A stretch of DNA of 64,000 nt from Candidatus Poribacteria bacterium (GCA_965214095.1 OZ243938.1:2624001-2688000); one strand, 5' to 3'. Shown: positions 10,982 through 21,995, counted from the first letter of the stretch. Notes: generated from the letters alone by a model not told the origin. Made by a program: numbers and translations.

Positions 10982-11962
10982 ATGATGAAAGCAGTGACGC
11001 GAAGTGGTGATGGCGGCCCAGAAGTTTTGCAATTAAGTGAAGTGCCAACACCAAAACCGACAGAAACGCAGCTATTAGTAGATGTCCGAACAACTGCACT
11101 CAATCGCGCAGACCTAATTCAACGGCGCGGTGGCTATCCACCCCCTTCAGGGGAGTCGGAGATACTCGGTTTGGAAATTGCTGGCATAGTTTCTGGAATG
11201 GGAACAAAAGTTACTGGCTTTAAGAATGGTGACCGTGTTTTCGGGCTTGTCGGTGGTGGTGGCTATGCTGAAAAGGCTGTTATCGATTATCAAATGGCGA
11301 TGGTAATACCAGACGAATGGAGTTTTGAACAGGCTGCTGCTGTTCCAGAAGTGTTTTTCACAGCAAATGAGAACATCTTCACATTAGGCAGGTTGGCTGC
11401 CGGTGAAACAATTCTAATTCACGCAGGTGGAAGCGGTGTTGGCACTGCTGGAATACAGATCGCACATCATGCACGAGCGCGTGTGTTTGTCACCGCAGGA
11501 TCATCCGATAAAATTGAGAGATGCGTGACACTTGGTGCTATCGCAGGAATAAATTATAAACATTCTGATTTTGTCACAGAAATTGAAAGGTTGACAGGTG
11601 GAGAAGGTGTTGATGTTGTATTAGACTTTATCGGTGCACCGTATCTGTCAAAAAACTTACAAATACTCAAGACGAAAGGACGTTTATCGCAGGTAGGGTT
11701 AATGGGTGGTTCGTCTACAGAAATAGACTTAGGGACGGTGATGCGTAAACGACTGCAGATTAACGGTTCCGTTATGCGTCCACAATCGCTTGAGGAAAAA
11801 ATCGCTATCACGCAGCGGTTTGTTGAACGTTGGTTTCCAGAATTAAAGACAGGAAAACTTCAACCCGTGATTGATACCGTCTTCCCTTTATCGCAAGCAC
11901 GGGATGCACATGCGTATATGGAAGCAAACCGAAATATCGGTAAGATCATTTTGAAAGTGTAG
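10982..11962 (+). CDS. NAD(P)H:quinone oxidoreductase, PIG3 family (MDR superfamily)
   Basis: ALNRADLIQRRGGYPPP, ILGLE, LIHAGGSGVGTAGIQ, AHAYMEANRNIGKIIL. Confidence 0.93.
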   Translation: MMKAVTRSGDGGPEVLQLSEVPTPKPTETQLLVDVRTTALNRADLIQRRGGYPPPSGESEILGLEIAGIVSGMGTKVTGFKNGDRVFGLVGGGGYAEKAVIDYQMAMVIPDEWSFEQAAAVPEVFFTANENIFTLGRLAAGETILIHAGGSGVGTAGIQIAHHARARVFVTAGSSDKIERCVTLGAIAGINYKHSDFVTEIERLTGGEGVDVVLDFIGAPYLSKNLQILKTKGRLSQVGLMGGSSTEIDLGTVMRKRLQINGSVMRPQSLEEKIAITQRFVERWFPELKTGKLQPVIDTVFPLSQARDAHAYMEANRNIGKIILKV

Positions 11963-12072
11963 AAGTTTGTTGTGTTCTCAGGTAATCCCATATTTTCTGA
12001 AGAAATGCAATTTTGTTTTCAACTAACAATAAATTCAACACGTCTTATGATTTCGTTGATATATAGGTTAGT

Positions 12073-15000
12073 TTGATTTTTAGGTTAATGATAATGCTCA
12101 CAATTAAACACTGGAAAGGTAAATTAGGCACTGCACGTTTTCTGTGTGCTGTTTGCTTTATATTTGTATCGGTTCTGTTCGTTTTTAGTTTTGCCTCTGT
12201 TGCAGAAATCACTCAAGCGACATCAACAGACGGTATTACAGTCAATTTCAAACTCCCACAACTCCAAATTACAGAAGTTCCAACAGATACCCATGCTGAA
12301 AATACGGGTATAACCGGTGTTCACCACACAGTGCAATATGCCGAATGCGATTGGATTCACGAACCAGGACTTCCTCGGCTGCCTGCGACACGCGTTCTAC
12401 TTGCTATTCCCGCAGATGCTCAACTCAATAAAGCAGATATTTCTGTTAACGCTGGTGCCGCACAATCTCATAATGCGGTTAAGTTTCTACCGTATCAGGT
12501 TGAAATGCCAGTGAGTGTAGACCGTGTTTCTATTGATGCTGGTCATTTACAATCCGATAGTCGTGTGGGCAATCAACAGAATATAAAAAAAGGTAACCCC
12601 AATCCCATTCCAAAACTATATCCAGAAGTACTTGCTCGGATTGAGATGGATGGTTATATCCGTTCACATCGTGTCATCAGTTTAGCACTGTATCCGGTTC
12701 AGTATAATACAGCGACACGCCAACTACGTTCTTATAGTAGTCTTTCAGTTTTCATCCCAATTAAAACGCAATTAAAACCCCGCGCCTCAGGACCAACGTT
12801 CAATCCTACACGAAAAGATCCTTATGAACAAGTCTATAGACGACATATTCTAAATTATACAGACTATCTCAAGACGTTCAACGTTGATTTGAATGCAGGT
12901 GGGGTTTTTCGCAATAGAGCTGCAGGACTTGCTGCTGCTCCTGCTGCCGTAAATTCACAACAGACACGTTACAAACTCTATGTTGATGATACTGGTGTTT
13001 ATCAAGTGACTGCAGCGTCCCTTCGTAAGGATTGGGGAATTGACCTTATAGGTATTGACCCGCAAAAACTTCGTATTACCCACGGAGACAAGGAAATTCC
13101 TATCCATGTGAGTGGGGCAGTTGATGGAAGATTTGATGCTGAAGACGCAATTCTGTTTTTAGCACACAGTTCCACCGATCCTGAAAGTCCCTTTCCAAAA
13201 AATGCCTATACATTGTGGAATGTTTATTGGCTAAGCGTTGCTACAGATGAACAACAACCAGCGCGTGTGCCGCAAATTGAAGCAAGTCCAAGTGATGCAA
13301 CAGCTATTCAGGTGCCTACTTTCCGATCGCGAGTCATTTTTGAGGAGGATCACCTATCCAACAACCTTGAATTTGTATATCCAGAAGTTGTTTCGGAGGG
13401 TGATAAGCACAAATGGTTTGATGCTTTAGACTTTTGGTTCTGGGACGGTATCAAAAATGCAAGTGATATTGGCGAACTACGTCTTGAATTTCCACTCTAT
13501 GATGTCGCAAAGAGTTTTGATCCACCAAAAATAGATTTGGTTCTGCAAGGTGGAACACCCGTGAACCACCAAATCTTGGCAGCTGTCAATGGCGTTCGGA
13601 TTGATCTGGCAGAATGGGAAAGTCAAGCACAAGTCACCCTTTCCAAAAATCTTCGTGTTTGGAACAACCTAAAAGATGCAACGAAAGGGGAAAATAATGT
13701 TCTCTCTCTGGCACGCATTGACAACAACTTGGAAGAAGATACAACACGGTACCCGTATCATATCTACCTTAATCGGTTTTGGGTGGAATATACGCGACTC
13801 TTTTTAGCCGTAAATGACGAACTTCGCTTCGGAACACCCATTAAGGCTTCGCAAGAGAGTGAAAACAAAGGTGTAACACACCAATTTCGAATTGATGCTT
13901 TCTTTGATCCGAATGTGTCGGTTTTTGAGACGGATGGAAACATCCTTACGGCAAAACTTCAAGGTGTAAATGTAACGCAATATGCAACAGATGATGTGAT
14001 GCGTGCACGTCTTAGAGCATTGAATGCAGGAGATCTCAGAGGACTACCAAATCACACCTACTCAACAACTTTCCAGATACCAGATACACGAACAACCGAA
14101 TTTATAGCAGTTTCTGAGGACGCACTGCGGAAACCTGTCAACATTGAAACAGTACAACCCAGTGATTTACAAAATCCATTGAACGGTGTGGATTATCTCG
14201 TGTTAACACATGCCAGATTCCGTGAGGCAGCTGACAGGTTAGCTGAATGGCGGTCGACGGCAAGAGGTGGTGGATATCGCACTAAAGTTGTTGACATCAT
14301 GGATGTTTACAACACTTTCGGTGATGGAAAAGTACACCCAATCTGGATAAAAGATTTCCTGAGTTACGCCTATCAAAATTGGGCACCACCTGCACTCTCA
14401 TACCTTGTTATTTTAGGAGATGGCACTTACGATTTTCGCGGTATAGACAAAGAAATACATCCTGACCCGCCTGAACTGGCAGGTTATATACCTCCCCATT
14501 ACATACCAACCGATTCTTTCGGAAGAACTTCTGCAGACCATTGGTACGCCACCATCTCTGGACACGATGAATTTGTAGATTTTTATCTGGGGAGATTGAG
14601 CGTTGAAACCGAAGCGGAAGCGGATGCTGTTGTTGACAAGATTATCAATTATGAAGCACAGCCGTTAAACGGTGCTTGGAGACGTAGAATTATTTCTGTC
14701 GCAGATGACGAAGTGAGCAATTCAGGGGATGATATATTCAAAAGAAGCCTTAACGAAATCGCTAAAGACCATACGCGACTCGGATACGAAACTGTTGAGA
14801 TTTATCTTGAAGATGTGATAGATGAAGTGGAAGCAAATCCTGAACAATATCCAGGCGTGCTACCTCGCCACGTGGCAAAAGATAGAATAATTAATGCATT
14901 AGGTGAAGGTTCTGTAGTCGCACAATACGCAGGACATGGAGGAAGGATTGTCTGGGCACACGAAGCCATTTTTGATAATGCATCCATTGACAAAATTGAA

Positions 15001-18000
15001 GAGACAAAACATCTCCCATTTATGTTAGTGTTGAGTTGTTATAACGGATATTTTGATGCACCGGGTGAACCGAGTATGGCTGAAAAACTACTCCGGAAAG
15101 AAAAGGGTGGTATCATCGGAATGCTTAGTGCAACCAGACTCACCTACGGAACGGGTAATGACGACCTCAATCGGATTATCTTTGATCTACTGTTCCAAAG
15201 GAATGAACGGCAATTAGGTCCCTTGAGCTTTGACTCCAAACTTGAATACTTGCTGACAGCAGGCACGTCACAGCTGGATATAATGCTGGAATATACGCTT
15301 TTTGGTGACCCCGCATTGCGTATCGCAATGGCAGATTATGAAATACTTCCAAAAATTGAGACCAAGACAGTCAAAGCAGGTGATACTCTCAAGATCGCAT
15401 CAGGATACATCCAGAGCGTACGGTTTGACGCAGCATCACAACAAAAAGTGTTTACGCGTAATACAGGTTTTAATGGACAACTGACCGTTAAGGCAACTTT
15501 CCCAGGACAACAGTCAATCGGTATAGACAAAACTGGGGCACCGAAGGAGTTTTACTCTGGTGATGTAATCGTCACAGAGACATTCCCAGTCCAAGGTGGC
15601 AATTTTCCAGCTGTTGAAATAAACGTGCCAAGAAACATCTCACATGGAGATGCTCATGTAGAGTATTACGCTGAAAACGATACCGAAATTGCTGTCGGGG
15701 GTGATGGCTTTACTGTTGATATCCCGAAAATACTTGATATACAAACGAAGGTGATTACCACAGAATCCGGTGAGGACAAAATTGATATTTCCGCACACAT
15801 CTCTGATGATGATAAAGCAACTGTGTCTGTCGTATTAGAATGGCGGAATCCGCGCACCGTCAATAGAGATAGGGTGGATATGGTTCCTATTGAAGTGAAT
15901 TCAGATACAACATCGCAATCAGTTCCCACAGGAAGATGGTGGAAAATTCCTGAACCTTTACCTGCTCCAACTGACGGCAACGCTTTCCGTTATGATATTC
16001 AGGTTACGGATTCTGACGGATTTGTAGTCACCTCTGATTATTTCAGATTCTATCCATATACATATCCTAATCTTTCTGTGGTTTCCAAAAGATATTCTCG
16101 CATTGAACAGATCAGTTATATTTCTGTTAGCCAAAATGATGGAGTGAATGAACGCGTTTTGTCTGCTGATATTGAAGTCGTAGGTACTACGAATTCTTCT
16201 GATGATTCAGTCGCTTCTGAACGAGATCTGCTTGTGGAATTAGGACTTTCTGATATTGATATTGATGTAGTGTTTTTTAGCGGGAATCCAGATATAGACG
16301 ATAACGGTATCATTGACGTTGATGCAAATATACTTGGTCGCACTCAGATAAAACCGGATGACTGGGTAGTGCGGAATCCCCTTCTCCAACGTTCTAATGC
16401 CTACAACCCTAATCCACTCAACATCGATCCAATTGCCACAGTTTCTATCCCCGTATCCTTACGCAACGGTGTGCACGATGTGTTCGTTTATGTTGATCCA
16501 ATTTTTAGCAGCGGTGATCAACCCGGCAAAGTGCGTGAAAATAATGAACAAGATAATATTGGATATAGGCAGATTGCTGTTTCCGAAACCATTGTTGGCG
16601 CAGCACCTACACGCATAACGAGCATTGATGGTGGCTTGCGGCTAATCGCTCCCGCTGGCGCAATTCAAAATAAGTCTACCGTTATGTCGATCAGCCCGAT
16701 TGTTCCAGATATACCCGATACGAATTATGTTTATTATATCGGAGGCACTGGAGATGTCCGAAATACGAAACAAGACCTTCCTTTTCCTATTGTAAAAAGT
16801 GATTACAATGAGAACTCCGCAACAGCGATGCTATTCCCGGTTGCACTACCTACATACCTATCTATGCAAGGTTATACACTGCATTTAAACGATTCTTCCG
16901 CTGAACAATGGAGCGCATTTAAATTACAAGCACCGGTTACTGTTGAGCTTGATTATGATTATATGACACTTCAACAGGAAATCATACGTGAGCATTATGG
17001 TAGTGATACGGATGTGTTGATGGAAGAACCATCAATTGAGGAAAGGGTCAAGATGGCGGTAGAAACAAGGGTACAGACCATTGGTGTGTATCTCTGGATT
17101 GATCAGATTGCCAATTGGGTGCGACTTGATGGCTCTAAGGTTAAAAAACAAGCGAACGGCAATATATATACAACCACGCGTCCCACACATATCCGCGCGA
17201 ACAACATCGGTGATGGAACACTGGTGGATGTTGAGATTGCCCCAGAGGGGGCAGATGTCGGCACTTGGATAGTACTTTTTGAAAGTGAACGAACCTACCG
17301 ACTTCTCTATATCCCTGTTACAACAGAATTAGATACAGAAACTGCTCAACCACAATTAGAAGTAATTGGAAGTAATATCTCAATTTTACCTTTTAGTCAT
17401 CTCGGAACAAACTTTTCTAACACAAATCTTGGGTTTACACTTGACATTGACATCGGGGAAATCCCTTTCCAATATGGTGATATTTTGCGCTTTAATATAT
17501 CGCAAATTGAAGTACCGGGTGAAAATACTGATCAGTTTTATGGCGCATCTTTTCTCAACAGAAACAATGGGGATGGCACAGTTCAATATCTTGAATTGGC
17601 TCCAGAGACGACAATGCCACAAGACACTTGGTTAATCCTATTCATCTCTCCAAAGCAATTTCAGATTGAAGGTAAAAACAGTGGACTCTTGGTGAAAAAT
17701 GGTGTACCTATATATGGAACAGTTGGTACACCTTTTGAACACAGTGAATATGGATTGAAGTTGCTAATAACACAAGGTCCTGAACCTTTTGAAGTCGGTG
17801 ATCGCTTCATATTTGCTACAAGCATGGTAGGAACGATTCAAGCCGAAACTTCGTATCTCGGAACTATGACCTGTCTGCGGAGTGAAGATACGTTGCCTCC
17901 TGACATTCAATTAACCGTTGGCAATCAGAAGCACTTTATTGATGGGGCACCAGTAGACAACGCACCACTTATCCAAGCCACACTCACGGATGCACGCGGT

Positions 18001-18528
18001 ATTGACTACATCACGCGTCCAGTGAAACTTGAATTGGGACGGTTCGGTGAGTATGAGACCATCGCCGAAACAGAATACAAACTCACACACCATCCTGCGT
18101 CTTCGCAGCTTATATTGACATATAATTCACCCGAACTCGAACCTCGTGAATACCAACTCCGCCTCTCCGCAAGCGATCTTGATGGAAATATGAGCGAGAG
18201 TGAAACTGACTTTCAGGTGCATGGACAACTCCAATTAGTTGAACCCTTGAATTATCCTAATCCTTTCTCAATGGACACCACATTGACCTGTGAATTGACA
18301 CGTCCAGCGGAGTCACTTACAGTCAAAATCTATACAATCACAGGAAGACTTATCAGACAACTGGAAACAGAGGCTACCGCAGGATTCATTCAGCTAAAGT
18401 GGGATGGTAGAGATGACGATGGTAACGAAGTAGCGAATGGCGTTTATTTTGGTAAGTTTATTGTCAAAAGCCTTGACGATGATGAGGATGACCAGACACA
18501 TATTCTAAAAATGATGAAATTGAAATAG
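12073..18528 (+). CDS. PorU-like C25 (gingipain-family) cysteine peptidase/sortase with C-terminal FlgD-Ig/T9SS-type domain
   Basis: Signal peptide; C25 propeptide (EPGLPRLP); YKLYVDDTGVY, DIMDVYNTFG, LVILGDGTYD, SADHWY, YLGRL; catalytic YAGHGG and LSCYNG; TLFGDPA; C-terminal LNYPNPF...KIYTITGRLI...WDGRDDDGNEVANGVY. Start may be ATG 12088 or 12094. Confidence 0.85.
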   Translation: MIFRLMIMLTIKHWKGKLGTARFLCAVCFIFVSVLFVFSFASVAEITQATSTDGITVNFKLPQLQITEVPTDTHAENTGITGVHHTVQYAECDWIHEPGLPRLPATRVLLAIPADAQLNKADISVNAGAAQSHNAVKFLPYQVEMPVSVDRVSIDAGHLQSDSRVGNQQNIKKGNPNPIPKLYPEVLARIEMDGYIRSHRVISLALYPVQYNTATRQLRSYSSLSVFIPIKTQLKPRASGPTFNPTRKDPYEQVYRRHILNYTDYLKTFNVDLNAGGVFRNRAAGLAAAPAAVNSQQTRYKLYVDDTGVYQVTAASLRKDWGIDLIGIDPQKLRITHGDKEIPIHVSGAVDGRFDAEDAILFLAHSSTDPESPFPKNAYTLWNVYWLSVATDEQQPARVPQIEASPSDATAIQVPTFRSRVIFEEDHLSNNLEFVYPEVVSEGDKHKWFDALDFWFWDGIKNASDIGELRLEFPLYDVAKSFDPPKIDLVLQGGTPVNHQILAAVNGVRIDLAEWESQAQVTLSKNLRVWNNLKDATKGENNVLSLARIDNNLEEDTTRYPYHIYLNRFWVEYTRLFLAVNDELRFGTPIKASQESENKGVTHQFRIDAFFDPNVSVFETDGNILTAKLQGVNVTQYATDDVMRARLRALNAGDLRGLPNHTYSTTFQIPDTRTTEFIAVSEDALRKPVNIETVQPSDLQNPLNGVDYLVLTHARFREAADRLAEWRSTARGGGYRTKVVDIMDVYNTFGDGKVHPIWIKDFLSYAYQNWAPPALSYLVILGDGTYDFRGIDKEIHPDPPELAGYIPPHYIPTDSFGRTSADHWYATISGHDEFVDFYLGRLSVETEAEADAVVDKIINYEAQPLNGAWRRRIISVADDEVSNSGDDIFKRSLNEIAKDHTRLGYETVEIYLEDVIDEVEANPEQYPGVLPRHVAKDRIINALGEGSVVAQYAGHGGRIVWAHEAIFDNASIDKIEETKHLPFMLVLSCYNGYFDAPGEPSMAEKLLRKEKGGIIGMLSATRLTYGTGNDDLNRIIFDLLFQRNERQLGPLSFDSKLEYLLTAGTSQLDIMLEYTLFGDPALRIAMADYEILPKIETKTVKAGDTLKIASGYIQSVRFDAASQQKVFTRNTGFNGQLTVKATFPGQQSIGIDKTGAPKEFYSGDVIVTETFPVQGGNFPAVEINVPRNISHGDAHVEYYAENDTEIAVGGDGFTVDIPKILDIQTKVITTESGEDKIDISAHISDDDKATVSVVLEWRNPRTVNRDRVDMVPIEVNSDTTSQSVPTGRWWKIPEPLPAPTDGNAFRYDIQVTDSDGFVVTSDYFRFYPYTYPNLSVVSKRYSRIEQISYISVSQNDGVNERVLSADIEVVGTTNSSDDSVASERDLLVELGLSDIDIDVVFFSGNPDIDDNGIIDVDANILGRTQIKPDDWVVRNPLLQRSNAYNPNPLNIDPIATVSIPVSLRNGVHDVFVYVDPIFSSGDQPGKVRENNEQDNIGYRQIAVSETIVGAAPTRITSIDGGLRLIAPAGAIQNKSTVMSISPIVPDIPDTNYVYYIGGTGDVRNTKQDLPFPIVKSDYNENSATAMLFPVALPTYLSMQGYTLHLNDSSAEQWSAFKLQAPVTVELDYDYMTLQQEIIREHYGSDTDVLMEEPSIEERVKMAVETRVQTIGVYLWIDQIANWVRLDGSKVKKQANGNIYTTTRPTHIRANNIGDGTLVDVEIAPEGADVGTWIVLFESERTYRLLYIPVTTELDTETAQPQLEVIGSNISILPFSHLGTNFSNTNLGFTLDIDIGEIPFQYGDILRFNISQIEVPGENTDQFYGASFLNRNNGDGTVQYLELAPETTMPQDTWLILFISPKQFQIEGKNSGLLVKNGVPIYGTVGTPFEHSEYGLKLLITQGPEPFEVGDRFIFATSMVGTIQAETSYLGTMTCLRSEDTLPPDIQLTVGNQKHFIDGAPVDNAPLIQATLTDARGIDYITRPVKLELGRFGEYETIAETEYKLTHHPASSQLILTYNSPELEPREYQLRLSASDLDGNMSESETDFQVHGQLQLVEPLNYPNPFSMDTTLTCELTRPAESLTVKIYTITGRLIRQLETEATAGFIQLKWDGRDDDGNEVANGVYFGKFIVKSLDDDEDDQTHILKMMKLK

Positions 18529-18596
18529 TTCTGTCGTTTATGAAAAAACTTGGTTCTAAGAAAGTATCTGTTTGTAGTTGCGCAACTTACATTAAA

Positions 18597-18624
18597 CTGA
18601 CCACTGATAACTGAAAACTGATAG
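18597..18624 (+). repeat. CTGAnnn heptamer tandem array (4 units)
   Basis: ctgacca ctgataa ctgaaaa ctgatag, ending 10 nt before the porV-like ATG. Confidence 0.75.
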
Positions 18625-18634
18625 CCTTAAAAAT

Positions 18635-19639
18635 ATGAAAAATTGTCTTTTGCTATGTATCCTTTTTCTATTCGTTCTGCTGCCTATCGCTTATGGGCAG
18701 ACTTATACTGCGGACTTTCTCACATTAGGAACAGGAGCACGTCCGTTAGGTATGGGGAACGCATTCACTGCAATTGCCGATGAAGCGAGTACTGCTTACT
18801 ATAATCCTGCTGGTATTGCACAACTGACACATCACGAATTTAACTTCATGCATTCCACGCTTGCAGACCTCGCAGCCTATGATGTCGCAAGTTATATCTA
18901 TCCGTTTTCCCGTAAAATGTCCTTCGGTATCAGTTGGCTCCGCGTCGGTGTTGACGATATTCAGGTTACTGGAATTCCTGTTACCAGTAAATCAATCGGT
19001 CCCAACAACCGTCCGTATGTGGTTAACACCTTTAGCAATACAAGTAATGCTATATTACTCAGTGGTGGGACAAATCTCGTCATTCTACCGCAAGATATTA
19101 CCACCTATCTCGGTGCTAATCTCAAAATAATCTACATTGATTCTTATCTCAATACCAATGCAGTCGGTGTTGGCAGTGATCTGGGTATACTCGCAAAAAC
19201 GAACCAAAGAAAATCCACTGCTTTTTCCTTCGGCATCGTTGCAAGTGATTTTTTCACAACCAAACTCTATTGGAACACACCACCAGAAAACGAGTGGGAA
19301 GCACCACATACAGAAACGCTTTTGCCACGGGTCAAAGTAGGTGTGGCATACCATCAGAAACTCCCAATTTTCAACAGTAAACTTACCTTAGCAGTCGATA
19401 TTGATACCCGGAACGACTATGAATTCCACACAGGGGCGGAATATGTCCTATTTGAACTGTTAGCACTACGTTGTGGGTTTGATGGTCGGAACGGCACTTC
19501 ACGTGCAATGTATTTTACTGCAGGTGCAGGTCTCCAACTCCGATTTGTCACTGGTGCAGCATTCCATGTAGACTACGCCTATCAACGACAACCGGATTTA
19601 GGTATCAACAACCGCCTCTCACTTCGTGTCAGGTTTTAG
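18635..19639 (+). CDS. PorV/PorQ-family outer-membrane beta-barrel
   Basis: Signal peptide; FLTLGTGARPLGMGNAFTAIADEASTAYYNPAG hatch motif; GAEY..LALRCG; VDYAY; terminal Phe. Confidence 0.85.
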   Translation: MKNCLLLCILFLFVLLPIAYGQTYTADFLTLGTGARPLGMGNAFTAIADEASTAYYNPAGIAQLTHHEFNFMHSTLADLAAYDVASYIYPFSRKMSFGISWLRVGVDDIQVTGIPVTSKSIGPNNRPYVVNTFSNTSNAILLSGGTNLVILPQDITTYLGANLKIIYIDSYLNTNAVGVGSDLGILAKTNQRKSTAFSFGIVASDFFTTKLYWNTPPENEWEAPHTETLLPRVKVGVAYHQKLPIFNSKLTLAVDIDTRNDYEFHTGAEYVLFELLALRCGFDGRNGTSRAMYFTAGAGLQLRFVTGAAFHVDYAYQRQPDLGINNRLSLRVRF

Positions 19640-19656
19640 ACTGCAAACTTGTCACC

Positions 19657-20832
19657 CTACGGACAAACAAACTTCCCCAAAACCTTCCTGCACGATGCAC
19701 CTGTCGCATTCGGAACGTTACTACAATTCCCGTGCACTGCCTCGTTAGCGAGGATAGCAAAAGCAATAGCCTCTTTCGCATCACCAGACATTCCTGTTTC
19801 CGATACATCAACAACGGGGATAGGTTCAAACGCATCAGCGAGACCACGCATTATCAGTGGATTCCGTGCCCCACCGCCGCTCACGTATAGTCTGTCTAAC
19901 GGAGTTTTTGCCATAACATAATTCGCATAATATTGGAAGATACTTCTCACTGTCAATGCTGTTAACGTTGCAAGTCCATCATATTCTGAAATATTATATT
20001 CTTGGATTTGTCGCAAGTATGTGTCAGTAAAGGTTGTGCCGAACATCTCGCGTCCTGTTGTTTTCGGTGGGGTCAATTCAAAAAATGGATGCGCGAGCCA
20101 TCGCTGTAGTAGTGGTTCACAGACTGTGCCTTGTTTCGCTAGTTCCGAATTTTCATCAAACTGCATTGTGCCATCTGTAATCTTTTCTACGCAGGCATCC
20201 AATATCATATTGCCCGGTCCTGTGTCGGATGCATGCACCGACTCTATCCCACAACCCGATGGCAGCACTGTTAAGTTAGCAATCCCACCGATGTTCAATA
20301 GACCAATCGTTTGTGTGTTGTTATGAAATAGCAGATAATCAATGTATGCTACCAACGGCGCACCTGCTCCACCTGCGGCAACATCTGCTACACGGAAATC
20401 AGCAACGGTGGGAATGCCTGTTTCATGGGCAATCACTGCCGGTTCGCCAATCTGTAGTGTTGCAGGGACAAGTGCTTTGGGCATGTGGTGAATCGTTTGT
20501 CCGTGCGATCCAATTAAGTCAATTGCTGTCGGTGCTATTTCAACGTGTTCCAACAGCGTCAACACACTTTTCGCGAATTGTTGACCTATAACGAAATTCA
20601 TGGTGCATATTTCATCAACTCGTGCAGTCTCAACACTGAATAGGTCAAAGATTCTGGAACGGATCTCATCTGCATAAGGAAATGTATCAAACGCTATGAG
20701 TTCAATTTCCGTAGTCAGTCCTGATCCCGTAATTTCAACGAGTGCGACGTCCACGCCATCCGCGGACGTGCCACTCATCAAACCGATTATCAGTTTTTTC
20801 TCTTTTTGTAGCAGATCAAAAAATGGTTTCAT
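19657..20832 (-). CDS. anmK: Anhydro-N-acetylmuramic acid kinase
   Basis: IGLMSGTSADGVD, IGSHGQTIHH, DFRVADVAAGGAGAPL, NIGGIAN, DTGPGN, PKTTGRE, KEAIAFA. Confidence 0.96.
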   Translation of the reverse strand: MKPFFDLLQKEKKLIIGLMSGTSADGVDVALVEITGSGLTTEIELIAFDTFPYADEIRSRIFDLFSVETARVDEICTMNFVIGQQFAKSVLTLLEHVEIAPTAIDLIGSHGQTIHHMPKALVPATLQIGEPAVIAHETGIPTVADFRVADVAAGGAGAPLVAYIDYLLFHNNTQTIGLLNIGGIANLTVLPSGCGIESVHASDTGPGNMILDACVEKITDGTMQFDENSELAKQGTVCEPLLQRWLAHPFFELTPPKTTGREMFGTTFTDTYLRQIQEYNISEYDGLATLTALTVRSIFQYYANYVMAKTPLDRLYVSGGGARNPLIMRGLADAFEPIPVVDVSETGMSGDAKEAIAFAILANEAVHGNCSNVPNATGASCRKVLGKFVCP

Positions 20833-20849
20833 AGTTGTTTATTCTGAAT

Positions 20850-21995
20850 TTAATACAACAAATAGGGTTCTCGTCTTGTTCGAAATTCTTCCGAGATGCA
20901 ATGCCATTCACCAATTATATTATCACATGATGTGCCGTCTAAAAGTACCTGCCGTAACCTTGAACTTCCCGCCAATCTATCAAAATGTGTTTCACGGAAT
21001 TCAAAATCATTAGGATATTCATCAATTAATGTCCATAACATCCTCAATGCAACTTCAACAGATGTCACCCGTTTTCTATCAGTTATATGTATCGCAACCC
21101 CGTGACACACCTCATCTTTATATTTAGAAAACTGTGGCGTAAACATTATAGGTCGGAAAAGAACACCCGATAATACATACCCGTTCAACTGATCTGCCCA
21201 CATATTGTTATCTATCCACGGCGCGCCGATATATTCAAAAGGTTTGGTTGTGCCTCGTCCTTCGCTAACATTTGTGCCTTCAAATAGACATGTCCCGGGA
21301 TATAACGTCGCAGTATCAAGTGTCGGCATATTCGGTGAAGGTGGCACCCAATGCATTCCTGTATCGTTATACCACATTTCCCGATGCCAACCTACCATTT
21401 TGGCAATATTCAACGGAAAGTTAAATCCTTGTTCTGCATGATATAGTTTTGCTACTTCACCAATTGTCATGCCATAACGCACAGGTATCGGATAAGGTCC
21501 AACCAGAGATGTATAATTGGTTTCTAACATTGGTCCTTCTATACAGATACCTCCAATTGGGTTTGGACGATCTGCCACAATACATTCAACTGTGCTACTT
21601 GATTCCATTGCATTCATCGATTCCAGTAATGTGCCAAGATATGTGTAATACCGCGCACCTACGTCCTGTATGTCGTAGATGATGGCATCTAAGTTCTTGA
21701 GGATTTCGGTCCAGTTCAGAGATGATGTGCCGTATAGGCTATGGACTTGTAAGGTTTGTTCAGTTTGGTTTTGACCATACTTTGAATTTGTTATCTTCAC
21801 ACCGTCTTGTGCTGCACCCCATAATCCGTGTTCTGGTGAAAAAAGTGCAATCAAATTAACGTTTTCAGATAGCAACGTTATATTTTGTGTCAAGTTTTCA
21901 TCAACACCAGTATGATTTGTTATCAGCCCGACAGATTTGCCGTTGAGCCATGCCTGCTTTTCTGTCAATAGCTGGGTGATTCCGAGTGTTATCAT
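20850..21995 (-). CDS. namZ: Exo-beta-N-acetylmuramidase NamZ (DUF1343)
   Basis: GLITNHTG, LFSPEHG, DIQDVGARYYTY, DRPNPIGG, PPSPNMP, EGTNVSEGRGT. Confidence 0.92.
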   Translation of the reverse strand: MITLGITQLLTEKQAWLNGKSVGLITNHTGVDENLTQNITLLSENVNLIALFSPEHGLWGAAQDGVKITNSKYGQNQTEQTLQVHSLYGTSSLNWTEILKNLDAIIYDIQDVGARYYTYLGTLLESMNAMESSSTVECIVADRPNPIGGICIEGPMLETNYTSLVGPYPIPVRYGMTIGEVAKLYHAEQGFNFPLNIAKMVGWHREMWYNDTGMHWVPPSPNMPTLDTATLYPGTCLFEGTNVSEGRGTTKPFEYIGAPWIDNNMWADQLNGYVLSGVLFRPIMFTPQFSKYKDEVCHGVAIHITDRKRVTSVEVALRMLWTLIDEYPNDFEFRETHFDRLAGSSRLRQVLLDGTSCDNIIGEWHCISEEFRTRREPYLLY

